64,000 bases of DNA, from the NCBI RefSeq assembly GCF_001194135.2, contig NC_068983.1:166029402-166093401 (forward strand), given 5' to 3'. This DNA is from Octopus bimaculoides (lineage: Eukaryota). How positions within the stretch are numbered: the stretch's first letter is position 1; the number at the start of each line of letters is the position of its first letter. Below, one piece after another: positions 24,291 to 38,119 of the stretch. The position numbers were made by a program, and so were the translations under genes. The notes below the pieces were generated by a model that searched no databases, had not been told where the DNA came from, and saw only the letters and a program-made list of their open reading frames with translations.

Positions 24291-24615
24291 ATTTTTTTTC
24301 AAGTATAAAATTTATGTCCAAATGTGACAAGACCTAAAAAGTTCTTTCAAGGCTATTTCTCTCTTTTTCATCATTACAACTATTGTTATAATGATGAAAT
24401 GGATCCAGATGCTGTGTAGGTTGTCTGTTGTGCAAGAATTCATTCTACATTAAACTTATTGTGGATAAATCTCTTGGTAAGATCATCATAGTTACCAGCT
24501 GGAATAAAGTCTCAAGTTTTAGGTATTTTCCATCCACTGAATCTGATAAATCCTGATAATGATTGCTTGTAACCAATGCTAAATGATAGAATATCTCAAA
24601 ACTCTACAATTGGTA

Positions 24616-25900
24616 CGAGGGGTGTATGAAAAGTTTTGAGCCTAACCTAGAAACGGGGCTGCTAGGTAGCTGAAACAATTTTTTCTGGTAAGTACAGTCT
24701 TTTCGGAGTGTTCTTGCTCATTTTCATGAGTCTGATATTTATTTTTGCTCAAGATTTTTGAATAAACAAGTGTCGAGTTTACAAGGAAAATGGAGAAAAC
24801 TGAATATCGTGCTGTCATAAAGTACCTTCATTTGAAAGGCATGACTCCATCAGAAATCCATGAAGATATGGTGAGAACCTTAACAGACAATGCTCCTTCA
24901 AATGCAGCAGTCAAACACTGTGTAAATGAGAGTGTGTGGCAGGGAGAGTGTGGAAGATGATCCCAGACCAGGGAGACCTCCAACTGCAACCACCAAGGAC
25001 GACCTTGAACTTGCTCTTGGTATGATAATGCAAGATCGTCGAATATCATGTCGTCAGATAGCCGAAGGACTGGGCATCTCAACTGAAAGAGCAGACAACA
25101 TTGTGACAAAAGAACTTGGGTTCTCAAAGGTTTCTGCAAGGTGGGTCCCTCGCCTTTTGACTCCTGAACAGAAACACACCAGGTGCACTTTGTCCACAAG
25201 CAATCTGAAACTGTTTGAAGCCAATGAAGAAAATTTTCTTGCTTGTTTCATTACTATGGACGAAAGTTGGGTCCATCACTACCAGCCTGAAACCAAAGAA
25301 CACTCAAACCAGTGGAAGCACACATCTTCCCCTACCCCAAAGATGGCCAGGGTCATTCCTTCAGCTGGCAAGGTCATGGCGTCCGTGTTTTGGGATTCTC
25401 AAGGTGTCTTGCTGATCTATTGCCTTGAAAAGGGTCACACCGTGACAGGGCTGTATTATTATCAGCACCTGAAACGCCTCCGAGAAGCAATCAAAGAAAA
25501 AAGGCCGAGAGTGCTCACCAGATGAGTCCTTTTTCATCACGACAATGCTCCAGTCCACCCCTCAGTGGTTGCCATGGCAACAATTCGTGATTGTGGATAC
25601 AATCTTGTTCCTCATCCTCCTTATTCGCCAGACGTAGCCCCCTCTGACTTTCATCTATTTCCAAAAAGGAAAAAAGCCCTGACTGGTCGCCATTTTGTCA
25701 GTGACAATGACGCCATAGATGCTGTAGGAAGTTTCTTGGAGTCCCAAACAAAAGAGTACCTCTACGCCAGGACATGGCGCTTCAGCACCGCTGGAGAAAG
25801 TGTTCAGCCATCGAGGGGGACTATGTTGTAAAATAAATCATCAGATGTCTTGTACCATGTTTTGTTTTTTTGAGGCTTAAGTCTTTTCATACACTCCTCG
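24616..25900 (+). mobile_element. Full-length (1285 bp) mariner transposon, Himar1/irritans-like, inactivated
   Basis: 28-bp terminal inverted repeats (24/28 identical) flanked by TA on both sides. Transposase 24790-25836 has WVPR, TMDESWVHHY, HDNA and YSPDVAPSDF, with two frameshifts and a TGA at 25523. Confidence 0.93.
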
Positions 25901-26024
25901 TATTTTGATTGTTCAGATCCTGCCAAAGTTATTTTTCTATCTTCCAAGATTACTAAAACAGTTCCCAGCCAACTACTGGAGGAATGGGAGATGAGCTGGA
26001 TAACATAAATGACTCTTCTCTTAA

Positions 26025-26207
26025 CCCCTCACAGATGGGAAGTGGTACTAGTCATATCGAAACGCTCTGTGTGTGAGCAGTACGATGTCTCGCTCTGTAT
26101 GGCACCGTGTTTTCAAATATGCCATATTGCAAAGAGTCTGTAGAGACCCAATGGTTTAAAACAAGTACACAGCACAGACTGTCAGTTCTAAATCTGTGAG
26201 CAAGGGG
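26025..26207 (+). mobile_element. Miniature piggyBac derivative retaining the C-terminal Cys-rich domain coding sequence
   Basis: Left end TTAA-CCCCTCACAGAT; right end reverse complement CCCCTTGCTCACAGAT followed by TTAT. 26069-26143 encodes VCEQYDVSLCMAPCFQICH. Confidence 0.6.
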
Positions 26208-26212
26208 TTATA

Positions 26213-27780
26213 ATCATCATCGTTTAACATCCGACTTCCATGTTAGCATGGGTTGGATGATGTGACTATGAACCAGGTGGCTACACCAGGCTCCAATCTG
26301 ATTTGGCAGAGTTTCTACAGCTGGATGCCCTTCCAAACGCCAACCACTCAGAGAGTGTAGTGGGTGCTTTTACGTGCCACCGACACGAGGGCCAGTCATG
26401 CGGCACTGGCAACGGCCATGCTCAACATGGTGTTTTTTACATTCCACCTGCACAGGAGCCAGTCTAGTGGCACTGGCAACGATCTTGCTCAAATGTTTTT
26501 TCATGTGCCAGTAAGGCGACGCTAGTAACGATCACGCTCAGACGGTGCTCTTAGTGCTCCACTGGTACAGGTGTCAACACAATTTTGAATTCACTTGCCC
26601 CAACAGGTCTTCGCAAGCCGAATTTAGTGTCCAATGAAGGAGAGGTTGGCATGGGTGCCAGTCATCGAATTTGGTTCGATTTCACTTGCCTCAACAGGTC
26701 TTCACAAGCGGAGTTTAGTGTCCAATGAAGGAAAGGTGCGCATAAGTGGGCTGGCTATACCCCTGGCAGAGTCCTTGAACTTAGGTCTCAATTGGCTTGA
26801 CGGGTCTTCTCATGCACAGCATATTTCCAAAGGTCTCGGTCACTAGTCATTGCCTCGGTGAGGCCTAATGTTCAAAGGTCGTGCTTCACCACCTCGTCCC
26901 AGGTCTTCCTGGGTCTACCTCTTCCACAGGTTCCCCTCAACTGCTAGGGTGTGGCACTTTTTCACACAGCTATCCTCATCGATTCTCGCCACATGACCAT
27001 ATCAGCAAAGTCATCTCTCTTACACACCACAGCTGATTCTTCTTAGGTCCAACTTTTCTCTCAAGGTACTTATACTCTGTCGAGTATGCACACTGACATT
27101 ATACATCCATCAGAGCATACTGGCTTCATTCCTTGCGAGCTTACACATGTCCTCAGCCCATGTTTCACTGCCATGTAGCATGGCTGTTCGTATACGTGTC
27201 ATACAGTGTGACTTTTACTCTGAGTGAGAGGCCCTTTGTCACCAACAGAGGTAAGAGCTCTCTGAACTTTGCCCAGGCTATTCTTATTCTAGCAGCTACA
27301 CTTTCAGTGCACCTTCTTCCGCTACTGACTTGGTCACCTAGGTAACGGAAGCTATCAACTAAGTCTAGTTTTTCTCCCTGGAATTTGGCATTTCTAAGTA
27401 GCCATCTTTCCCTTTTCCTGGCGAGGATGTAGTCAATTTGGTTAGTGTGTCTGCCAGAACGGTAGGTGACTGGCAGGTTTCTTGAAGTTAGTATTGTAAA
27501 CCATAAGGTCATTTGCATCACAGAACTCCAGCAGCCTGGTTCCCTCCTCATTGCGAGAACCAAAACCATAGCCTCCATGTATGCCATGGAAGCCCCCTGA
27601 ATGTTGTACAACATGTCCATTGAAGTCACCAGCCACAAAGAGAAGGTCCCTGTCATTCGTCAATGAGGTAGTCTGCAAGAGGGTGTCATAAAATCGGTCT
27701 TTCTGTCCATCAGGTAGCCCCGGCTGAGAGGCACAGGCCAAGATAATGGTTGCTAACCCATGATGAAGGACTAAGATTTT
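26213..27780 (-). mobile_element. RTE-clade LINE copy with a large internal deletion, 3' UTR and (GAT)n tail
   Basis: Endonuclease motifs AGDFNGHV and NQIDYIL fused to RT C-terminal VDSFRYLG...RIAWAKFRELLPLL and RGRPRKTW. Confidence 0.85.
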
Positions 27781-30700
27781 GAATGAAAGTTCTGCTGGAA
27801 AGCACAATTCATGACCGGTTCTTATTTTTTGTTTAAAGCTGTTTTGCTTCAATTATACTTGGAAAGACANNNNNNNNNNNNNNNNNNNNNNNNNNNNNNN
27901 NNNNNNNNNNNNNNNNNNNNNNNNNNNNNNNNNNNNNNNNNNNNNNNNNNNNNNNNNNNNNNNNNNNNNNNNNNNNNNNNNNNNNNNNNNNNNNNNNNNN
28001 NNNNNNNNNNNNNNNNNNNNNNNNNNNNNNNNNNNNNNNNNNNNNNNNNNNNNNNNNNATGTAAAGAGCAGAATAAAAGTACTCACAGAATATTCTTGTC
28101 CAAGACTAACAATCCCTTCCCTGGAAACATGATGGGCAAAAACTGATCTTGGTGAGATTTGAACTTAGAATATAAAGAACCAGAACAAAGGCCTTAGTTT
28201 TTGCCAATTTGCCTCTGAAAGGACTTCACATTTTATCCCTCCAGGGGTCAAAAAAAAAAGTACTAGTAATTGCACTTACCCTTATTTTTTAAGAAAGTCG
28301 TTTCTACATTCTTCTTTAATAATTGTTTCTAATTTAGGTAGAAGGGCAACAATTTTTGAGGGGAAGGGCTTAATTCATACCATTGACCTCGGTATTTGGT
28401 TGGTACCTTATTTTATCCACCTGAAAGAATAAAGGGCACAGTTGATCTCATGAGGATTTGAACTCAGAAGTTGAAGAGCCGTTACTAAATATTGCAAGGC
28501 AGGTTGTCTGAAACTAATAATTCAATTACTGCACTGCCTTTCTCGATTCTTCCTAATTAATAATAAAACTCTTTCTCTGTTCTACATTACTCTAAAATCA
28601 ATGTGTGTGTTGGAATGTTCGTAGCCAGAATGGTAATCCAGTTTGATAATGTTTTATCTGCAACTTGACTCAGTGATTCTCTTCAACAAACATTCAATTT
28701 GTTTACAATAGAATAAATAATTCAAAGTTATATATCCTCAAATCACTCAACCGTTTTTATCTAAAAATTCAACTTCAATGAATTTCTGATATTTTGCAGA
28801 ATCCATTCTATAAAGTCACTCAATCAATTCTTTACTTGATTTTGTTTCAAAATTATTTCCATTTGTTCTTTTATAATTTGTTTTACACCATTTTTTTCCA
28901 TTTCTTTTGATAAAGTAGTGGTTGTTATTACTATTATTATTAAACTTCCTATCTTGCTAAATTGATAAGGTGTGGGATTGCAGGAACATTGAAGGTTTGT
29001 GTTCCATCATCAACCAAACAAAGAATCTAACAAGATAATAGATTGAATTATAGATAATGTCTTAACTTCAACACTGGGGTCCAGTTTCTGATTTCATACT
29101 GTGTGTGATATCAGCTGTGTAACAATCCATTCCACATTAACCTGCAAAGATCCCATAAAGTTTTCATGATTATAAGATTTAAAAGTCTGACATTACAGTT
29201 TTTGTTGTTTTCCATCATCACAACAACGAACTGGTTGTGGTCGAATGAGAGATTGTGAAAATTATATTCCAGAAGCAACTATGTTTAGTATACAGCTACT
29301 TTTCTTACCTGAGTCTCTCTTTCAAATACATGAATCTTTGACATTTCTATTTTAAAGCATTGCATGGCCGAAAGGTTAATAAATTTGCTTAGCAACTATA
29401 AGGTCTTTACGTTTGGTCCTGTTGCATGGCATCTTGGATCAACCAATTTCCTTGCAGTAGACTATAGATGCCTGTCAGAGGGATTGTACCTGCAATTCAC
29501 ACACAGCCTGGCAATTACACTAGGGGCAAATGTGTCTGTGGGATTCTCAAACACTGATATATATATTCAATTGAATCTTCATTTCTTTCTGGAATGCTCA
29601 TGACAAAATGATTTGAACATGTTTTTATGATTTTCAAAAGAAGTATTAGAGATATCTCAACAAATCATGTTTAGATCTGATGTTTGCAAGTACAGAAGTA
29701 AGATGGTTTAGTAGATAAAGGACTGAAAAACGGGCTCATGGAGAACAAGTTCCAATTCTATAGCAGATCTTTGTGTTTTGACTTGTCCCAGTTCAAAGGA
29801 GCTGTTAAAAATAAGTGACAATGGTATCTGCAATAAATGACTGATGGGGAAAAATATATATTTCTTATATATTTGCAATCATGTGATTGGGTTTAGCAGA
29901 AGCTCTTAAAAGATGTTCGCGAGGCTTTTATAGATTTTGTTTTTCTTTTTATGAATTACTTTAGGAAAGGCACATGACCTTGTGGTTAAGGTGTTGAGCA
30001 AAACACTTCATTTCATGTTACTCCAGTTCACTCAGCTGGAAAGTTAACCCGGTGAGGGACTGGCACCCCATCCAGTGGGGAGTGTTAAGATCTTATTCAC
30101 TCACATACCATGAAAATTGGGTTAATCTCTGACCCTTATGAATCCTGAGGATCATGACAGGCCATAAAGAATTTTTACTCCGTATATTTGTAAGGAATTA
30201 ACCAGCTTCAACATTTTCAATATTAATCTAAATTTCTTGTGAAATTTAATGACTGAAATGTGAATTAAAAGGGAAGAAAAGACAAAAGAAGTTGGGGAAA
30301 AACAAGTAAAAAATAGTTTAAAACACAAACAAGTCAATTAGGGCATAAATTGATTAACACTTCTCATTTAATAATCATCAGTTGATACAGACTTGAAGTT
30401 ATTTTTTTTGTTTTTGTTGGTTTTTTTTTGTTGGTTTTTTTTTTTCAACCATCATTCACTCAACAATATCACCAAATACATCCAGTAACAAAGGTATTTA
30501 TGAAATTTTGTCAATAATACCATCATCTTTTGACTATTGTCAGTTGGGGGAGGTGGGGGGAGTTGTATACAAATGTTTTTTCTTTTTCGTTATATCTCTG
30601 CTACATCATCAACTAATGCCATCCAATAATGTGAAATAACAAAACAGTAAAGGATGGTACTTCAGTAATACATTTGGTTTTGGTTTTGTTTCATTTTTGT

Positions 30701-31213
30701 TTTTCTTGGCTGCAGAATAGCAAATATTAGGCAGGGGAGTTGGTTTGGTCCCCTCCCTCCACAACAGCTTGGTTTGGATTCCACTGTATCAGCTAGGCCA
30801 TCCAGCTAAGAAAGTTCCAAGTCATGACAATGGCTGAATTTATATAGAATTCAAGGGACAAAAAAAAAAAAAAAAAAAAAANNNNNNNNNNNNNNNNNNN
30901 NNNNNNNNNNNNNNNNNNNNNNNNNNNNNNNNNNNNNNNNNNNNNNNNNNNNNNNNNNNNNNNNNNNNNNNNNNNNNNNNNNNNNNNNNNNNNNNNNNNN
31001 NNNNNNNNNNNNNNNNNNNNNNNNNNNNNNNNNNNNNNNNNNNNNNNNNNNNNNNNNNNNNNNNNNNNNNNNNNNNNNNNNNNNNNNNNNNNNNNNNNNN
31101 NNNNNNNNNNNNNNNNNNNNNNNNNNNNNNNNNNNNNNNNNNNNNNNNNNNNNNNNNNNNNNNNNNNNNNNNNNNNNNNNNNNNNNNNNNNNNNNNNNNN
31201 NNNNNNNNNNNNN

Positions 31214-31248
<35 letters not shown>

Positions 31249-31254
31249 TATGTA

Positions 31255-31289
<35 letters not shown>

Positions 31290-31295
31290 TTATTA

Positions 31296-31329
<34 letters not shown>

Positions 31330-32398
31330 GAGGGAGGGAGAGAAATGGAGATTATATTGAAGGTAAATTTTGCTTTCATACTGAACTCATGACTGAAGCT
31401 AAGGTGTTGTGACGAGTATCGAATGGCAATTTTTAACCTTGCGTGGGTGGGGGGTGGGGAAATAAAAGAAGAAAAGCCCTGTCCGCGAAGGTAGAATTAC
31501 TGTAGCTGTTGTATTGAAGAGGACAAGAAGGTTGGTTATTAGAAGAGAACTGGAAAAGACTGATTCTTTTAAACTAAGCATCTGAATATAAATACTCAGT
31601 CGAGAAAAACGTTTAAGAAGCATGGGATGTGCAGGAGGGTATGTAAGGACACACTCATACATACACACAGCAATGCATTAGCTCTACGTAACAGAAAAGA
31701 TTAACTTCACAAGCTGAGAACTCACTGAGAAGAGGTTCACTAGAGAATCCTCCAAAGATAGGCAAAACAAGCACACGCACACACACACACACGTTATCAA
31801 TGATCTTACAGATGCATACACAATGAGAGAACGTGCTTAGAAAAGCTTGCTACACTTTTTATTATTATTATTTTTTTTTATGTCAGTACAATCCATGGAA
31901 GAAGGGAGAAGAATTTCAAGAAACTGCTCACAGTCAACAATTGACTTAGCTAAGAAGGGACGACAATTTTATTGCAATAGGATGACAACAATGGTTGTGG
32001 TCAGGCTCTGAAATTTTCTATTCCTTTTCTTTTGCTATGAATCTCTTCACTGCATAAAAACCAACCTTCCTCTAAATATAATATATATATGGTCACTCCA
32101 CAATGTAACAACAGGTTGATGGCTACAGGGGTTAGCTAGCTAGCTAGAAATTTAGTTGGAACTCTTACTCTGCAGTCTTGTTCACTAATGCTAGTTCTAC
32201 TAATATTATTCAAATCACAAAAACTGAGCCAGTTTTACTGAGTATTTTAGGAAGAAAGAAAACATTGGTGGCGGTGGGGAGACAAAAAAATTGTAATTGG
32301 CCAAATGCCTTCTTACTTCCTTCCCATTAAGTTAAAAACAAAAAATTCATTTAAGGATATTAAAGTAGCAGACATTGCATCTCTCGTCTGACTTTGCA

Positions 32399-32444
<46 letters not shown>

Positions 32445-32627
32445 GTAATGTGCAACATTTGGTTGTCCTCCTCCTAATAGTTCATCCCCAAACTGTGCTC
32501 ACACATTAATACATTTGATACAATATATTGTGAAAATATCTTTCATTTACAAAATGTTTATATAACATCTTTCAAATATCATGCTGCAGATACACATGTC
32601 TACACAAACACATACATACATATACGA

Positions 32628-32675
<48 letters not shown>

Positions 32676-32964
32676 NNNNNNNNNNNNNNNNNNNNNNNNN
32701 NNNNNNNNNNNNNNNNNNNNNNNNNNNNNNNNNNNNNNNNNNNNNNNNNNNNNNNNNNNNNNNNNNNNNNNNNNNNNNNNNNNNNNNNNNNNNNNNNNNN
32801 NNNNNNNNNNNNNNNNNNNNNNNNNNNNNNNNNNNNNNNNNNNNNNNNNNNNNNNNNNNNNNNNNNNNNNNNNNNNNNNNNNNNNNNNNNNNNNNNNNNN
32901 NNNNNNNNNNNNNNNNNNNNNNNNNNNNNNNNNNNNNNNNNNNNNNNNNNNNNNNNNNNNNNNN

Positions 32965-33025
<61 letters not shown>

Positions 33026-36000
33026 ATACATACATGCACACACATTTAGATACATATATAAGATGGAGGAATGAAAGAATATGAAGAAAGCTACTCATTT
33101 AAAAGTGATCATGATTATTTCCTTCTGCTCTCTCTGCACCATACCAACTTTCATTCTATTCTATTCTGATGTTGATGAAGAGTAGCACTTGCAACATTAA
33201 TGTTCAGATATTCTGCCAACACTCACTCCTTCCATTTTAGCATTGCTCTCTGTCTTGGCCGAACGAGTTCTAGCCAAAGATGTCTGTTTCAAGCAATGAG
33301 TTGCCATCTTCAAGAGCAAAGAATGCTTGCTGTTTTTAATGTTACCTTTGTCTCCTCAGGTCAAGAAATTAGACTCCATTTCTCAATCTAGGTGTAGAGT
33401 CATTCAGAAAAGGCACGTTGGCATTATATACCAAGAACAACAGTGTTTACCTACGCTCCAGTTTGGATTTCGTCAGACACACTGCACTTGAATGTTATGC
33501 CGCTCTCAATTTGTCCACATGCGAAAAGATCTCCTAGTAAGTAATATCCACACTTAAGCCAAAAGGTTATACTTCTGAAAGCAGAAATTTACTCATGTAC
33601 ACCAAAAATGTCAGAAAACTGTGGCACAGGTGGGAGGAAAATTTGATACAGTGAGAGAGGGAAAAAAATGTTTCAAAACATTAAGTGAATCTTTTTTTTT
33701 TTTTTTTTTTTTTGTGGTAGGGGAGATTGAAAATGGAAATATTGAAATGTATGTTAAAAAGTCTAGCTGATGTGTATGGATTGGTGGCGGTGGTAGTGGT
33801 TGATGGTGGTGGTGGTGGTGGGAGGGACCTCGAACGCAGCTTGGTCCTTTGTCTTTAGCAGTGAGAGCCAAAAAAGATAGAGCTTTGAAAGTGATAAACG
33901 ACTATTTTTTTTTTTTTCTTTTTGTTCAGAAGATAAAACAGGAAATGGCTTCTAGCTGTCAGCAATGAGTGAGCACAGAGAAATCAATCAAAATTGGTAA
34001 CGTATGTGAAAGACATACACACACATATATATATATATACGCACATACATACACTCACTGGCCCACATACATACACACAAACATATGTACATGTGTACAA
34101 GTATATATAAGATTTGCATAAATATTTTTACATAAACACAGGGATTCATAGCAATTGGAAATTTAAGCCAAAAGCTCAGTTTCTTAAATATGGAGAAAAA
34201 AAAAAGAAAAGAAAATGAAATGAATTCATTTCATTAAAAGAAATAAACTCAAAATATATCTTTAAGAAAAATATCAACAAAATTTTCAATTTACTAAATA
34301 TTATATTTCAAAAGTTTGTGATTTTTCTCAACGAAATGGAATTCAGAAATATTCTGAATTCAAACAAAATGTAAAAAAAAACAAAACAAAAAAACAAACA
34401 AACAAACAAAAACAAAACAAAATAAAAACAATAAAAAAAACAATGCTTTTTGGGAAATTTGGAAAATATTGTGTTTAATGAACATAGATTTTTACTGATA
34501 TATTAAAATATTTTCATAATTTAAAATCTTAAAAAAAAAAGACATTTTTATGTAATTTTCTTTGTCTGTTTGCCCTTTTGAATAGTATATAATTGCCATT
34601 TAAAACCATCAGCTATCAATGATCTCATTTACTCCATAATTTACTAGCAGCAATAATTTGACACCTGATTTTAATTTTGTTTTCTTTTGAAAACAATTCA
34701 TTTGGAAAGAATTTCTAAACAATTTGGGGAACAACAACTGTTCTAAATAATAGGGCAGCCCCTAGAAAACTTGAAATTAGGGGTCAGGATATGGGGATAA
34801 AACAAATTTTAATAAAAAAAATATTTTATTTTTGTCTTCAAAAAGAATCTATATGAAAATAGAGAAGAACAAATTTGAAAGAAACAAAATGTACCTTGAT
34901 GGGACTTTTAATGCATGAAAAGGAAAGAAATTTTGTAAAGAAAAAAAATTTTTTTAATTAGCTTAAAAACTGGAGAAGGTTACCAACTGAGAGAAATTTT
35001 GAAAACATTGCAATGAGAAAAATAAATATTCTGAATTAAATTGTTGACAGAAAAAACACTTTAGTTGGGGAAGTATGAGCATCAATTCTTTGGTTTCAAA
35101 TTAAGTAGAGCATTGGGGGTTTTGTTGAAATTTCTGATTTGTTTTCTTTTTTTCCTGGTATCTGAAGAATTGTCTAAACTTACATATGTAGAGAATTTGG
35201 GAAAAAAATGATATATGTGTATATAAACATAGACATTATATTAATTGATGGATATTGATCTTTGTAGATGTAAAAACCAATTGTTCTCAATATGGAACAA
35301 ATGTGTTCACCTTTACCCTTTTGTTGTCAAATCTCCATTGAAATACATGGCTTTGCTTTCAATTAATTTTGAAAATAACAAAGAATTTTGTAAAATAACT
35401 ATCACTAGGTTGAAGTTTGGAGCATAAAAATTAATATGAAATTTTCACACAAGCTTTTAATTTAGATCAGTTCAAAACAATGATTGGATATCATAGAACC
35501 AGAGATGCTCTCAGACAGTTTGGCATCAAAAGATTTAATATATGTCATTAAAATAACTAACAATTAAATGATTACTATTTTTGATAGACAATATGTTCCA
35601 TCTATCATTCTTTTGGTTTTACTCACTTTCCTCTAAAACATCAAAAAAATAAGAAATAAAATATAGAAATATTTTGTTCCAAAGACTTTCTGGTAAGAAA
35701 CAAGCCTGTAGTTACCATTTTCACATTTGTATGTCCTTTAGCGTTGAACTCTGAGTGAAGAAATCAAATTCGAAAGACTAACTGCAGAAAACTAGAAGGA
35801 TATAAAACAATTGAACTCTTCCAATTGTTTAAACGAAAGTTGTACTGACAAATGGTAAATCCCTCAACTTCAGAGCTTGCCAAGTAAAGCAGAATTATAA
35901 AGGAATTATCTCTGGAAGTCTACCGACCCAGCAGCAGCAGCATCAAAGAGCAAGTAAGTCATTTGGCAAACATGACCACTGAAAGCAAGCAGAGAAAAGT

Positions 36001-37243
36001 AGGCTACACAATGGAACAACTGGGGTTTGTTTTTATATTTTATTTTCCAGCTGAAATATCACATTAAAAATAATCAGAATTAAGTTGCTAATCTACTATG
36101 GTACTAAAAAAAAACCCCCCAAAATTCTTTGTATGATAGGCGCAAAGTCAGTAATTTTGAGAGGAAAGAGCAAGTTGATTAGATAAACTCCAGTGCTTAG
36201 CTCGTACTTATTTGACCAACCCCAAAAGAATGAAAGACAAAGCTGACCGTGGCAGGATATGACCCAGAAGTAATGCTGCTAAGCATTTCGGCTGATGCAC
36301 CAACAGTTCCACCAGCTCACTGTCTTCATGATAATAATTGTTTCAAACTTTGGCATGGGGAAGGTGAGGGCTAGTTGGTTTTATCAACCTTGGCATATTA
36401 ACTGGCACTCTATTTTAATGACCCAGGAGGGGATGACAGGCAAACAACCTGGACAGGATTTGAACTCAGAAAACAGAGAGCTGAGAGAAATGCAGTAAAT
36501 CATTTTGCCCAATGCATTAATGACTTAGCCAGCTTACTGCCTTAGTTATAGAAGTAGTAGTAATCCAACAACAAAAAAAATTCTCACTACTAAAGAACCA
36601 TTATTGTTATTATTATTGCTGGAAGAATAGTTAGTGCCAGAAAGAATGCTTTGTGGCATTTGTTCCAGCTCTTTACATTCTGAGTTCAAATCCTGCTGAG
36701 GTCAACTTTGCCTTTCATCCTTTTGGATACCTGTCAAGTACTGGGGTTGGGGTTGATGGTATCAACTATCCCCGGTCACCCTTCTGCCTAAAACAGCAAC
36801 AGTTAGAGGCAGTGAGCTGCCAGAATCATCAACAGATCAAACAAAACACATAGCAGCATGTTCTCTGCTTCTTGACAGCCTGAGTTCCAATGTTGCTGAG
36901 ATCAACTTTCATCCTGCCAGGGTCAATAAACTAAAGTACCAACCAAGTAGAGGGTGCAGGTGTGGGTGGTTGATGGTAGTGACTAACATACACCCTCTAA
37001 AACTGCTGGACTTGGACCAAAAGCCGAAACAATTATTACTAGTATTATTATTATTAATATTGCTTAGCAGTATTGGTCTAAATTCCTAAGAATAACTTTA
37101 AAGTCTTCATAAATCATAGAGGATAAAAGTGGAATTTTCTTTCTAAATGTCGGAATGTTTAGGATTAATGGAGTTTTTCAAAGGAGACAAGGAAAGCAGC
37201 CAATATAAAAACTATGTGTGTGAGTGTATATATACATATATAT

Positions 37244-37289
<46 letters not shown>

Positions 37290-38119
37290 AACAATCTGCA
37301 CTTGAATAGCTTACGAGAGAGAAATGGTTGTATGAAGGGGAGTATTGTGAAGTATTTTTGAGAAAAGAAATTATTTCTGTATTTCAAAATTAAGTCTAGA
37401 AGTTAAAAAATCTAATCATTGGAAACTGGCATGAAATTTTTCAAAGTTTGAAACCAGTTTTTTTAATCTTAAGTGTTGAAATGTAGAAGATACAATTGAA
37501 ACAAGAAACATTCCTGACAATACTTTAAATTTCAAGGTCCATTAACCTCCACATTTTGTTGTTTAACACAACATTTTGATTGAAACTGTATTAAACACAA
37601 CCAAAAAACGTGAGGTGAAAAGTCGAGAAAATCAAACTATTATCTATGGTTTCTCATTTTAGAATTTTCAACAAGGAACTCTACCTATTCCAACATTGCT
37701 TTGAGAATCACAGTGGATTTGAAACATATTTAGGGGAGTTTCTATCTAGTAATTTGGGAGAGCTAACAACTTTTGGCTACACCATGTTTTTGAAGCATCA
37801 TTGATTTGAATTACAGTAAAAAAAAAAGTAAGCCACAAATTTAAAGAAATAAAAAAATAAAATTCAACAATGAAGTAATAACAAAACAAAGAAAACTAAC
37901 AAAAAGAGAGGTGAGGGGGTGGAGGTTGCAGTTTGAGGGACATGCTTTTTCAATCTTTCCTCAAAACTGTTTTCAGTGAAGTTAAATGTTGCTTGAATTA
38001 AAACCTAGCATTTGTAAGTGAGGAGGCTGCTTTCTTTTGCATAGCTTCAGGTTTGAAGATCCAGAAAAATTAAAATCAAACTGATTTCTTTTGGCAATAA
38101 ATATTCATTTGCTACAAAT

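Noticed and set aside
29300-29840. Minus-strand splice-like sites and a PLSLIFNSSFELGQV LINE-like peptide
   Set aside because: All frames are interrupted by stops and there is no supporting second motif.
30860-30881. 22-nt poly(A) as a retrocopy tail
   Set aside because: It abuts a gap and has no upstream ORF or polyadenylation signal context.
33200-33540. QFGFR and KKLDSI LINE-like words
   Set aside because: They are in different frames and in the wrong order for an RT, and too short to support a call.
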